From: a bacterium
GTDB lineage: Bacteria; Actinomycetota; Coriobacteriia; Coriobacteriales; CADBOM01
Length of the DNA stretch: 64,000 bases
NCBI GenBank assembly: GCA_024698685.1
Contig: JAILQZ010000067.1
Location: 9,787 to 73,786, forward strand
Reading direction: 5' to 3'
Part shown: positions 10,762 through 19,976 of the stretch, piece after piece
Position numbering within the stretch: the first letter of the stretch is position 1
Layout: the number at the start of each line of letters is the position of its first letter
The notes under the pieces: generated by a model
Database searches by the model: none
What the model was told of the DNA's origin: nothing
Seen by the model: the letters and a program-made list of their open reading frames with translations, nothing else
Translations under genes and position numbers: made by a program

Positions 10762-11304
10762 ATGGAAGAAATGGATAGGATCGAATACGACGCAAGGGAG
10801 CTCGCAGCATCTCCAGGATCCGCCGACAAGGTGAGCGGAGTGATTGAGCTCGAGCCCTTCACTCTTTGGGGAGTGGAGTACTCGATCCCAGAGGGCATCT
10901 CATACTCAGCCACGCTTTCCAACGTCGGCGATGCGATCGTGCTCGTCGGCGATGCGCAGGCCGAGGTCGTAGGGGAGTGCACGCGATGCCTCGAGCCAGC
11001 CAGCAACTCCTTCGCAAGCGATCTTGACGGTTACTACACCCTCTCGCCCGAGAGCGACGTCGAGGGCATGGAGGAGGACGAGTACGAGCCGATTGGCGAG
11101 GATGGCATCATAGACATCACCGAGTGCATCACGAGCGCCATCCTCTCCGAGATACCCGCGATATTTCTCTGCAAGGACGATTGCAAGGGCCTTTGCCCCT
11201 CCTGCGGATGCAATCTCAATGAGGAGCAGTGCGATTGCGCGAGCAAGCCAGACCCCTCCAATCCATTTTCCATCCTTTCCCAGATCACTTTCGACGACGA
11301 GTAG
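10762..11304 (+). CDS. YceD/DUF177 family protein
   Basis: C-terminal Cys cluster CKDDCKGLCPSCGCNLNEEQCDC is typical of DUF177. The start could be the second ATG at 10771. Confidence 0.75.
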   Translation: MEEMDRIEYDARELAASPGSADKVSGVIELEPFTLWGVEYSIPEGISYSATLSNVGDAIVLVGDAQAEVVGECTRCLEPASNSFASDLDGYYTLSPESDVEGMEEDEYEPIGEDGIIDITECITSAILSEIPAIFLCKDDCKGLCPSCGCNLNEEQCDCASKPDPSNPFSILSQITFDDE

Positions 11305-11395
11305 GGCGAGCAGTTTCTCACAGCTTGGTAGATCGCGAAAAATTGCATCTGACCTGTGGATATTGCGCTTTTGCGGAATACTGGATGCAGGAATT

Positions 11396-11425
11396 TTGCA
11401 CACAATGTAGAAAATGTGCTATATT
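11396..11425 (+). promoter_or_regulatory. putative promoter of rimP-nusA-infB operon
   Basis: TTGCAC (11396-11401), 18-nt spacer containing TG, then TATATT (11420-11425), giving the extended -10 TGCTATATT. Confidence 0.45.
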
Positions 11426-11479
11426 ACCCATGCGCAAGGGCGAAAGCGCCTGCGCAGCTAGTCAGAAGTGTTGGATTCG

Positions 11480-11507
11480 AGAAGCGGCACCCCCGCTTCT
11501 TTTTGTT
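11480..11507 (+). terminator. intrinsic terminator-like hairpin in rimP-nusA leader (candidate attenuator)
   Basis: GAAGCGG-CACCC-CCGCTTC stem-loop followed by TTTTTGTT, 15 nt upstream of the rimP ATG. It is preceded by a second hairpin at 11432-11455 (GCGCA..GGCG-AAAG-CGCC-TGCGC). Confidence 0.5.
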
Positions 11508-11522
11508 AATGGAAGGTACGAG

Positions 11523-11987
11523 ATGAGGACTTCGGATACCGCGAGGCTGATAGATGCCCTCGAGCCCGCTGCAGAAGAGCATGGCTTCGAGATCGTCGAC
11601 GTGCAGATCCTCGGCTCTGCGGGATCGCCGATTCTGCGCATCTACATCGACAAGCCCGATGGCATCAACCTCGACGATATCGCCAGCGCTCAGGAGGAGT
11701 GGCTCGAGGCGATCGTCGACGAGGTCGACATCATCGAGTCCGAATATACGCTCGAGGTATCCTCGCCGGGTATCGACAGGCCGCTTCGTACGATGCAGCA
11801 CTTCATCGATTGGGCGGGCGAGGAGGTCAAACTCGTCAGCGAGCCTATCGACGGACGCAAGAGATTCACTGGGATCCTGAAGGGCATCGAGGAGGGCAAC
11901 GTCATCGTCGAATGCGACGGCACCGACTTCTCGATCCCGTTCGATTCCATAAACGACGCGCACATCAAAGGAAAAGTAAGCTTCTAG
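11523..11987 (+). CDS. rimP: ribosome maturation factor RimP
   Basis: Start re-called from 11229 to ATG 11523 (GGAAGG SD). 154 aa, N-terminal LEPAAEEHGFEIVDVQ pattern, located directly upstream of nusA. Confidence 0.85.
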   Translation: MRTSDTARLIDALEPAAEEHGFEIVDVQILGSAGSPILRIYIDKPDGINLDDIASAQEEWLEAIVDEVDIIESEYTLEVSSPGIDRPLRTMQHFIDWAGEEVKLVSEPIDGRKRFTGILKGIEEGNVIVECDGTDFSIPFDSINDAHIKGKVSF

Positions 11988-11996
11988 GAGGTTGGT

Positions 11997-13208
11997 ATGT
12001 CATCTGAACTGATGGACGCTCTGCACGCATTGGCGCAGGAGAAGAAGATCGACGAGGCCTATCTGCTCGAGAGCCTCGAGTCGTCCCTGGCCAAGAGCTA
12101 CAAGTCGATCCTGGGCCTGGAGAACGATGCCAGGGTCACGATCGATCGCGAAACCGGCAAGATCTACGTCTTCGAGATGGTGCCGGTTGGCGAGCCTGAC
12201 GAGGAGACCGGCGAGTACGCCGAGTTCGCCGCGCGCGACGTCACGCCCAACAATGTGAGCAGGATCGCCGCCGCCAACGTCAAGAAGCACCTCACCGAGA
12301 TCCTCCGCTCGCATGAGCGTCAGTCGCTCTACCTCGAGTTCATCAAGCGCAAGGGCGAGCTGATATCCGGTCAGGTTCTGCAAACTACCTCCGACTTCAC
12401 GATCCTCAAGATCCGCGATGGCGTCGAGGCAGAGCTGCCGCACTTCGACACCGCGAAGAACCCCAATGAGGCGAACTACCGCCCGTTTAACGAGAGGTAT
12501 CGCCACAACAACCGCATCAAGGCGGTCATCGTCGATGTGCGCGACCCCAACGATGCCGAGACGCTCACCAGGGGCAAGAACACCAGGCCGCTGATCGTGG
12601 TATCCAGGACCCACCCCGAGCTCATCGAGCGCCTCTTCGAGATCGAGGTTCCGGAGATCGAGGAGGGCATCGTCGAGATCGTCGCCATCGCCCGTGAGCA
12701 GGGTGCCAGGAGCAAGGTCTCGGTCAAGTCCAACGAGCCCAGCCTCGATCCGGTCGGCGCTTGCGTCGGACCCAAGGGCTCGCGCGTCCGCATGGTCGTC
12801 GAGGAGCTGCGCAACGAGCGCGTCGACGTCATCGCATGGAGCAACAACCTCGCAACCTACGTCGGCAACGCTCTATCGCCCGCCAAGGTCTCCAGCGTCA
12901 CTATCGATAGGGAGACCAACACCGCGCACGTAGTCGTCTCCGACGACCAGCTCTCGCTGGCCATCGGCAAGGAGGGCCAAAACGCGCGCCTGGCTGCGAG
13001 GCTCACAGGCATGCGCATCGACATCAAGCCCGCTTCGTTCGTCGGCGGCGACCTTTTCGCATCGCTGATCAGCGAAGAGGAGGAGGGCGCCGATGATCTG
13101 GCCGACGAGAGGTGCGCATACGTATCCGAGAATGGCATCAGGTGCCGCAACCATGCGCGCCCCGGCAGCAGGTTCTGCGGCATTCACGAGCAGTCTGAGG
13201 CCAACTAG
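11997..13208 (+). CDS. nusA: transcription termination/antitermination factor NusA
   Basis: S1 and two KH domains ([29 protein letters not shown]). AGGAGG SD. Has an extra acidic linker plus a Cys/His tail. Confidence 0.95.
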   Translation: MSSELMDALHALAQEKKIDEAYLLESLESSLAKSYKSILGLENDARVTIDRETGKIYVFEMVPVGEPDEETGEYAEFAARDVTPNNVSRIAAANVKKHLTEILRSHERQSLYLEFIKRKGELISGQVLQTTSDFTILKIRDGVEAELPHFDTAKNPNEANYRPFNERYRHNNRIKAVIVDVRDPNDAETLTRGKNTRPLIVVSRTHPELIERLFEIEVPEIEEGIVEIVAIAREQGARSKVSVKSNEPSLDPVGACVGPKGSRVRMVVEELRNERVDVIAWSNNLATYVGNALSPAKVSSVTIDRETNTAHVVVSDDQLSLAIGKEGQNARLAARLTGMRIDIKPASFVGGDLFASLISEEEEGADDLADERCAYVSENGIRCRNHARPGSRFCGIHEQSEAN

Positions 13209-13217
13209 GGAGGCTAG

Positions 13218-13523
13218 ATGGCAAATCAGCGCAAGATACCGACCCGCACATGCTGCTCTTGTGGAAAGAGCTCTGCCAAGGGCGATCTGATCAGGTTCGT
13301 CAGGTCTCCCGAGGGCATCGTGAGCGCCGACGCCACCGGAAGGGCAGCGGGCCGTGGCGCGTACATATGCGCTGACGAGAGCTGCTTCGAAAAGGCCATG
13401 AGGCAGCATAGGTTGGACAAGGCGCTTAAGGTTTCGATTGGTAACTCCGAGTACGACTCCCTGAAGAGGGAGTTCGGCGCGATCCTCGCGGATCGAGCCG
13501 GCTTTGAGGAAACGGCAGGTTGA
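13218..13523 (+). CDS. YlxR/DUF448 family RNA-binding protein
   Basis: RTCCSCGKSSAKGDLIRFV motif. Sits in the conserved position between nusA and infB. Confidence 0.8.
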   Translation: MANQRKIPTRTCCSCGKSSAKGDLIRFVRSPEGIVSADATGRAAGRGAYICADESCFEKAMRQHRLDKALKVSIGNSEYDSLKREFGAILADRAGFEETAG

Positions 13524-13524
13524 T

Positions 13525-16341
13525 ATGGCAAAGAAAACTCGTGTATCTGAATTGGCGAAGGAATTCGGCATCACCAGCAACGAGATGCTCGAAATCATCA
13601 AGGGCATGGGCATCCCGGTGAAGAACCACGCCTCTACGCTCGAGAGCGCTTACGTCGATAAGATTCGCAAGAAGGTCGGCCCTGAGCTCCAGGCGCGCGC
13701 CGAGGAGTTGGAGAAGGCTCGCCTCGAGGAGGAGGCCAGGATCAGGGAGGCCGAGGAAAGGGCTCGCGAAGAGGAGGAGGCCAAGCTCAGGGCAGCGCGC
13801 GAGGCTGAGATGTCAGCTCGCGAGGCAGAGCGCATCAAGCAGGCCCAGGAAGAGGCCGAAGCGCTTGCCGCTGCCAAGAAGGCGGAGGAGGCCGCTGCAA
13901 CGCCCGAACCAGAGCCAGAACCCGAGCCCGAGCCTGAGCCCGTTGTCGAGGTTGCACCTGTGCCCGAGCCTGTCGCCGAGCCCGTGGCCGCGGAGGTTGT
14001 GGAGGTCGTCGAGCCTGAGGAGACCAAGGCGGTCGAAGAGAAGAAGGTCTTGCGCGTGGAGAAGTCCTCGCGCCTCACCGGCCTTCTTTCGAACATCGAG
14101 GCCGAGTCCAAGCGACTCGAGGCCGAAGAGGCTGAGGAAGAGGCGGCCGAGTCCGTTTCCGAGCCGATCATCGATGTTGCCGTCGAGGCCCCTGCCGAGC
14201 AGTTGACCGCACCTCAGCCGACTTCTTCCGAGACCCCGGCAGAGGCAAAGGCCAAGCCCAAGAAGAAGGGCAAGGGCGCTGCCAAGCCCGACGAGTCCTC
14301 CGAGACCCCTTCGAAGAAGAAGGGCAAGGGCAAGGGCAAGGCCGACAAGTACGGCGATAGGTTCGAGGACGAGGATGGCGGCGAAGAGGATCGCTATTCC
14401 AAGATGGCCGCGGCTGCCGAGAAGATGCAGCATCAGCGCGTTCTCGATGAGGCTCGCGCCATGGTGGACGCCGCCAGCAAGACCGAGGGCGAGGGCCGCA
14501 GGAAGAAGCGCAAGGAGAAGCGTGAGGCCCAGGCCAAGGCGAAGGCCGAGGAGCAGGCTCTCGAGCGCGGACTCGATCCGAGCCTCGTTCTCGACGATTC
14601 CGTCGTACAGATAACCACCGGCTCCACCGTTGCGGAAGTCGCCGATGCCCTCGGAGTCCAGAGCTCCGAGATCATCAAGAAGCTCTTCCTGCTCGGCACG
14701 CCGCTCACAGTCACGCAGCTCATGAGCGACGAGCTCATCGACCTCATCGCTGACGACCTCGGCCGCAAGGTCAGGATCGTCTCGCCAGAGGAGGAGTACG
14801 CCGTCGTAATCAACGACACCGAAGACGACCTCAAGCCGCGCCCGCCGGTAGTCACCGTCATGGGTCATGTCGACCACGGCAAGACCTCGCTGCTCGACGC
14901 CATCAGGAACACCGGCGTCCAAGCAACCGAGGCCGGCGGAATCACGCAGGCCATCGGTGCGTCCGTCGTCGACATCAACGGCAACCAGATCACCTTCATC
15001 GACACGCCGGGCCACGAGGCGTTCACCGCGATGCGCGCCCGCGGCGCCGCGGTCACCGACGTCGTCGTTCTCGTCGTTGCTGCCGATGACGGCGTCATGC
15101 CGCAGACCATCGAGGCTATCAGCCATGCAAATGCTGCTGGCGTTCCCATCGTCGTCGCGGTCAACAAGATCGACAAGGACGGAGCGAACGTCGAGCGCGT
15201 CAAGAACGAGCTTTCGCAGTATGGGATCATCCCCGAGGAATGGGGCGGACAGAACATGTTCGTCGAGGTCTCGGCTAAGAAGAACATCAACATCAACGAG
15301 CTCCTCGAGACGATCATCCTGCAAGCGGACGTCCTCGAGCTCAAGGCCAACCCCGACGCGCTCGCCTCTGGATTCGTCATCGAGGCGAACCTCGACAAGG
15401 GCAGGGGACCGGTTGCGACCGTCCTCATCCAACGTGGCACCCTCAAGGTGGGAGACACCCTCGTCGCAGGTACGTCCTATGGCCGCGTGCGCGCGTTGAT
15501 CGACCCCAAGGGCAACCACGTCGACAAGGCGCTTCCCTCCGACCCGGTCGAGGTGCTCGGACTTTCGAGCGTTCCCTCCGCCGGCGATGAGTTCAGGGTC
15601 TTCGAGGACGAGCGCGATGCCCGCAACCTCGCTGAGGACCGCGCGTTGCGCATCAGGCTCAAGGAGCAGCAGAGCAAGGCTCCGGTCACCCTTGACGACT
15701 TCTTCTCGAGGATCGAGGAGGGCAAGCTCGCGGAGCTCAACCTCGTCCTCAAGGCCGATACGCAGGGTTCCATAGAGGCGCTCCGCGATGCATTCGAGAA
15801 GATGGACCAGAGCGAGGTCAGGATAAATATCATCCACTCCGCGGTAGGCGGAATCACGGAGACCGACGTCATCCTCGCCGCCGCGTCCGATGCTATCATC
15901 ATCGGATTCGGCGTCAGGCCGCAGACCAAGGCGAAGCAGATGGCGGAGAAGGAGAAGGTCGAGATCCGCACCTATCGCGTCATCTACAAGGCCATCGAGG
16001 AGATCAACGCCGCGCGCGTCGGACTCCTGCAGCCCGATATCATCGAGGTCGAAACAGCAACCATCCAGGTTCGCGAGCTCTTCAAGGTTCCGAAGGTCGG
16101 AATCATCGCCGGATGCTTCGTCGAGCAGGGTGAGGTCAGCCGCAACGACAAGGTTCGCATCGTCCGCAACGGCACTATCATCCACGAGGGGACGATATCC
16201 TCTCTCAGACGCTTCAAGGACGACGTCGCTTCCGTCAGGCAGAGCTACGAGTGCGGTATCGGAATCGAGGGCTTCCAGGACATCCATATCGATGACGTCA
16301 TCGAGTCATACCAGCTCAAGGAGGTCGCTCGCGAGGCCTAG
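13525..16341 (+). CDS. infB: translation initiation factor IF-2
   Basis: Start re-called to ATG 13525 (MAKKTRVSELAKEFG). G-domain GHVDHGKTSLLD, DTPGHEAF, NKID. Low-complexity Ala/Glu/Lys/Pro N-terminal region. Confidence 0.95.
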   Translation: MAKKTRVSELAKEFGITSNEMLEIIKGMGIPVKNHASTLESAYVDKIRKKVGPELQARAEELEKARLEEEARIREAEERAREEEEAKLRAAREAEMSAREAERIKQAQEEAEALAAAKKAEEAAATPEPEPEPEPEPEPVVEVAPVPEPVAEPVAAEVVEVVEPEETKAVEEKKVLRVEKSSRLTGLLSNIEAESKRLEAEEAEEEAAESVSEPIIDVAVEAPAEQLTAPQPTSSETPAEAKAKPKKKGKGAAKPDESSETPSKKKGKGKGKADKYGDRFEDEDGGEEDRYSKMAAAAEKMQHQRVLDEARAMVDAASKTEGEGRRKKRKEKREAQAKAKAEEQALERGLDPSLVLDDSVVQITTGSTVAEVADALGVQSSEIIKKLFLLGTPLTVTQLMSDELIDLIADDLGRKVRIVSPEEEYAVVINDTEDDLKPRPPVVTVMGHVDHGKTSLLDAIRNTGVQATEAGGITQAIGASVVDINGNQITFIDTPGHEAFTAMRARGAAVTDVVVLVVAADDGVMPQTIEAISHANAAGVPIVVAVNKIDKDGANVERVKNELSQYGIIPEEWGGQNMFVEVSAKKNININELLETIILQADVLELKANPDALASGFVIEANLDKGRGPVATVLIQRGTLKVGDTLVAGTSYGRVRALIDPKGNHVDKALPSDPVEVLGLSSVPSAGDEFRVFEDERDARNLAEDRALRIRLKEQQSKAPVTLDDFFSRIEEGKLAELNLVLKADTQGSIEALRDAFEKMDQSEVRINIIHSAVGGITETDVILAAASDAIIIGFGVRPQTKAKQMAEKEKVEIRTYRVIYKAIEEINAARVGLLQPDIIEVETATIQVRELFKVPKVGIIAGCFVEQGEVSRNDKVRIVRNGTIIHEGTISSLRRFKDDVASVRQSYECGIGIEGFQDIHIDDVIESYQLKEVAREA

Positions 16342-16389
16342 GCCCTTGCGAACGGCTCCCAGCGTTGCCGAAACGAAAGCGAGGATGCT

Positions 16390-16845
16390 ATGAAGCAGAG
16401 CCCATACTCCCGCAAAAGCAACGAGGAGATCCGCGACAGGATCTCGATGATCCTGATGACCGAGTTCAGCGACCCGCGCCTGCAGTTCGTCACCGTCACC
16501 GCTGCGCAGGTCTCGAAGGACAGGTCGGTCTGCAACGTTTATGTGTCGACCGACCCCTCGCGCTATGACGACATGATGGAGGCGCTCGAGCGCGCCAAGG
16601 GAAGGATCCGCTCGATCCTTGGGCGCAACCTCGGATGGAGGGTGACTCCCGAATTGCGCTTCATGCTCGATGAGACCATCGACAACGCCGAGAGAATCGA
16701 GCGCGCGCTCCTCGACGTTCCGGCAACGCTGAGCATCCCAAAGGATGAGTTTGGCCAGCCGATCGATACTGCCGACCTCGGGGATGCAAACTCCTCCGAG
16801 GCCTCAGAAGACGGCTTCGATAACGAGTTTTCCGAAGAATACTGA
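16390..16845 (+). CDS. rbfA: ribosome-binding factor A
   Basis: 151 aa directly after infB. KH-like RbfA core (FVTVTAAQVSKDRSVCNVYV) with an acidic C-terminal tail. Confidence 0.85.
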   Translation: MKQSPYSRKSNEEIRDRISMILMTEFSDPRLQFVTVTAAQVSKDRSVCNVYVSTDPSRYDDMMEALERAKGRIRSILGRNLGWRVTPELRFMLDETIDNAERIERALLDVPATLSIPKDEFGQPIDTADLGDANSSEASEDGFDNEFSEEY

Positions 16846-16860
16846 TGATTCGAGGCTGGC

Positions 16861-17886
16861 ATGGAAGCTACTCTTGAGGAGATCGCGCGATACATCGATG
16901 GCTGCAAGACCGCTGCGATAAGCGGCCACGTCAACGCCGATGGCGACAGCGTCGGCTCGGTGCTCGCACTTACCAGCTGCCTTCGCTCCCTCGGCATCCA
17001 GGCCACTCCGCTCCTCGCCGATGATGCAACCGTTCCTGACAAATACGCTGGTTTCGAGGGCTACGGCGATTTCGTCTTCAGCGGAAGATACGAGGCCACG
17101 CCCGACGTCTTCATATCCGTCGACACATCCACCGAGGAGCGCATGGGGCACTCGCTGCCTGTAATGAGGCGCTCGCCCAAGAGCGTCTCCATCGATCATC
17201 ACAAGGACAGCGCCGTCTCCGCAGAGCTGACGCATGTCGAGGCCGATGCGGCATCGGCGTGCATGCTGGTTTGGGAGCTGGCCAAGGTCCTTTGCGACGC
17301 TCCTTCAGCTGAGGTTGCCTCCGCCTGCTATGCGGGCACTTTGACCGACACGGGGATGTTCCAATTCCAGAATTGCGATGCGCGATGCATGCAGGCCGTT
17401 GGCGAGTTCGTAGATGCTGGTGCAAATCCGTACGAGATCGCCACCGACGTCTACCAGAGCAAGGCGATCGGTCTCATAAAGCTCGAGGGAAGAGTTGCCG
17501 AAAGGCTCGCACTGACGCCTCGTGGAGCGATCGCCTATTCGTGGGTCGCCAAGGCCGATTTCGACGAGCTCGGCGTGACCAAGAGCGAGTCCGAGGGCTT
17601 GGTCGACATCGTGCGCAGCGCCAAGGGCATCGAGATCGGCATCCTCATGCGCGACGAGGGTGGCATCATCAGGTGCAACATCCGCTCGAAGAAACACCTC
17701 GACGTCTCGGTCATCGCCAAACGCTTCGGCGGCGGTGGACACGTCGCGGCCTCCGGATTCTCGCTGAGTGGTGAGCTCTCCGAGCTTCTCCCTCGCATCG
17801 TCGAGGTTCTGGTCGAAATCGAGGAGCAGATAGCCTCTGGGGCCTACGGCAGCGAATTCGACACCCGCGGTCTTGCTGGAGCGTAG
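16861..17886 (+). CDS. nrnA: DHH-family phosphoesterase (NrnA-like oligoribonuclease/pAp phosphatase)
   Basis: DHH motifs DGDSVGS and SIDHHKD, and DHHA1 GGGGH. Confidence 0.8.
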   Translation: MEATLEEIARYIDGCKTAAISGHVNADGDSVGSVLALTSCLRSLGIQATPLLADDATVPDKYAGFEGYGDFVFSGRYEATPDVFISVDTSTEERMGHSLPVMRRSPKSVSIDHHKDSAVSAELTHVEADAASACMLVWELAKVLCDAPSAEVASACYAGTLTDTGMFQFQNCDARCMQAVGEFVDAGANPYEIATDVYQSKAIGLIKLEGRVAERLALTPRGAIAYSWVAKADFDELGVTKSESEGLVDIVRSAKGIEIGILMRDEGGIIRCNIRSKKHLDVSVIAKRFGGGGHVAASGFSLSGELSELLPRIVEVLVEIEEQIASGAYGSEFDTRGLAGA

Positions 17887-17888
17887 CC

Positions 17889-18842
17889 TTGAAGCGCGGC
17901 GGCACGGACATCTGCGCCATGCTTGCGGTCGACAAGCCGGCCTGCGCGAGCTCGCATGACATCGTCAACGCGATCAGGCGCATCACTGGGGAGGGGCGCG
18001 TCGGCCACTGCGGCACGCTCGATCCCTTCGCAACCGGGTTGCTGATCGTCAACATCGGCCCCGCAACGCGCCTTTCCGATTACGTCATGGGCAAATCGAA
18101 GCGCTATGACGCGATGATCAGGTTCGGCTTCTCTACCGACACGGATGACTGCACAGGCAATCCGCTTGAAACCGGAGAGTTGCGCGAGGAGCTGGTCGAT
18201 CTGGATTTCGCCAGCTCGATTCTCTCCACCTTCCTCGGCAAGTCGATGCAGGTCCCATCCGCCTTCAGCGCCAAGAAGGTCGACGGAAAGCGAGCTTACG
18301 AGCTCGCCCGAAAGGGCATGGAGGCCGAGCTGGAGCCCGTGGAGATCGAGATCGGCGAGATTTCGCTCGGAAGCATCTCCGGCATCGAGGACGAGAACGG
18401 CCCGGGTGTGCTGTGGAGCGTCAGCATGGAGGTCTCGAAGGGAACCTATATCAGGGCCTTCGCCAGGGATCTCGGCGCCAAGGCAGGTTGCCCGGCGCAT
18501 CTGGTGGAGCTGAGGAGAACCGCCATCGGCGGCATCGACCTCTCGCAGGCCCGCAGCTTGGAAGAGCTTTCAGCCGAAGGGTTCAGGAGCTGCATCATCG
18601 ACCCTGTGAAGGCATGCTCGCTTGCGCGCTGCGAGGTGGATGCCCGGACCGCCGCGCTGGTCGTCAACGGTTCCAGGATAGAGGTCGATCGGGCGAATCT
18701 TTCGCAAGAGCGCATCGCAATCGTGTACGATGGACGGATGCTGGCAATCTACGAGGCGCTTGCGGAAGGGAATCTGCTGGCATCGACTCGAATCTGCAAA
18801 CCATGCGTGGTGATACCCGGAGGTGTTGAAGGTGCCCGTTGA
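17889..18842 (+). CDS. truB: tRNA pseudouridine(55) synthase
   Basis: Catalytic motif GHCGTLDPFATGLL. TTG start at 17889, with ATG 17919 as an alternative. Confidence 0.9.
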   Translation: MKRGGTDICAMLAVDKPACASSHDIVNAIRRITGEGRVGHCGTLDPFATGLLIVNIGPATRLSDYVMGKSKRYDAMIRFGFSTDTDDCTGNPLETGELREELVDLDFASSILSTFLGKSMQVPSAFSAKKVDGKRAYELARKGMEAELEPVEIEIGEISLGSISGIEDENGPGVLWSVSMEVSKGTYIRAFARDLGAKAGCPAHLVELRRTAIGGIDLSQARSLEELSAEGFRSCIIDPVKACSLARCEVDARTAALVVNGSRIEVDRANLSQERIAIVYDGRMLAIYEALAEGNLLASTRICKPCVVIPGGVEGAR

Positions 18843-18852
18843 CGCATCTAAG

Positions 18853-19803
18853 ATGAGTTCCAGGATAATCTACAGGAACTTCGAGGAGGCGCATCCCGAG
18901 GAAGGTAAGCTGGGAGCCGTCGTCTGCGCGATGGGAGTATTCGACGGAGTCCACATCGGACACCGCAGGTTGATCGCCGACTGCATCGAGGCAGCGCGCG
19001 AGAAGGGCTGCAAATCCGCGATAATCACGTTCGACATCGACCCGACCGAGCTCTTCGCCAAGGACTCGCCGCGCAAGCTGATGACAGACGACGATAGGAT
19101 CTCCCTGCTTGCAACTTTGGGTGCCGATTACGTCGTCGTCGATGCCTTCACCAAGGCATACTCGCAACTATCTCCCGAAAGCTACATAGAACGCGTGCTC
19201 CTCTCCGAGCTCGAGCCCACAGCCCTCTACGTCGGCTCCGATTTCAGGTTCGGGCACATGGCATCCGGAACGGTCGATACGCTCAGGGCCCAACTCGAGC
19301 CCCGCGGTTGCGAAGTGGTTGCCCATGAGCTGCTAGAGTGCGACGGAGAGGTGGTCACCGCCAGCCGCATTCGCGATCTCGTGCAGTCCGGGAGCATCGA
19401 ACTGGTAAACGAGCTGCTCGGCAGGACCCACTTCATGCGCGCAGTAGTGGTCGAAGGCAGACAAGAGGGGCGCAAGCTCGGGTTTCCCACGGCCAACCTC
19501 GTTCCGGTCATCGACTACGCCAAGATGGCCGATGGCGTATATGCAGGCTACGTGCGCGTGGAGGGGGAGTGGTTCAAGTCGGCGATTTCCGTCGGAGTGC
19601 CCAAGACCTTCGGCGACATCGAGTGGACCATCGAGGCGAACATCCTGGACTTCGACCGCGATATCTATGGCATGCAGGTCGACGCGTACTTCTCCAGATT
19701 CCTTCGTCCGATGCAGGCGTTCAACGGACTCGACGAGCTCATTGCGGCCATTCGCAACAACGTTGCGCAGACGGCCGAACTCCCGCCGCATCCTGCGCTC
19801 TGA
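18853..19803 (+). CDS. ribF: bifunctional riboflavin kinase/FMN adenylyltransferase
   Basis: GVFDGVHIGH adenylyltransferase motif and GFPTANL kinase motif. Start re-called to ATG 18853. Confidence 0.9.
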   Translation: MSSRIIYRNFEEAHPEEGKLGAVVCAMGVFDGVHIGHRRLIADCIEAAREKGCKSAIITFDIDPTELFAKDSPRKLMTDDDRISLLATLGADYVVVDAFTKAYSQLSPESYIERVLLSELEPTALYVGSDFRFGHMASGTVDTLRAQLEPRGCEVVAHELLECDGEVVTASRIRDLVQSGSIELVNELLGRTHFMRAVVVEGRQEGRKLGFPTANLVPVIDYAKMADGVYAGYVRVEGEWFKSAISVGVPKTFGDIEWTIEANILDFDRDIYGMQVDAYFSRFLRPMQAFNGLDELIAAIRNNVAQTAELPPHPAL

Positions 19804-19976
19804 GCACCTACCTCGCGAGGTCTGCCGTTCACCGTTGACGGACAAGCCTTAAACCCGATATTCAAAGCCGCCAGCGCGAGCGTCTGAATTCTGCAAGCGC
19901 TCTCGCTTTAGAATCTTCTAGCTGCCATCTTAGGCAGCGATGAATCGTTGTTCATTTCGAGAGGAGAGCGGCATCC

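Noticed and set aside
11430-11522. In-frame ATG at 11430 as an alternative rimP start
   Set aside because: It lies inside the predicted leader hairpin, right at the expected TSS. It would add a Cys-rich non-RimP N-terminus. ATG 11523 has a GGAAGG SD.
13903-13941. PEPEPEPEPEPEP hexanucleotide-like repeat
   Set aside because: It lies in-frame within the variable N-terminal region of IF-2. It is ordinary low-complexity coding sequence, not a CRISPR or a non-coding tandem repeat.
13813-16287. 824-aa ORF antisense to infB
   Set aside because: The opposite strand encodes an unmistakable IF-2 (G-domain motifs). The antisense product is low-complexity (Leu/Gly/Arg/Asp-rich) with no recognisable motifs. 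This is a typical stop-poor shadow frame of high-GC coding DNA.
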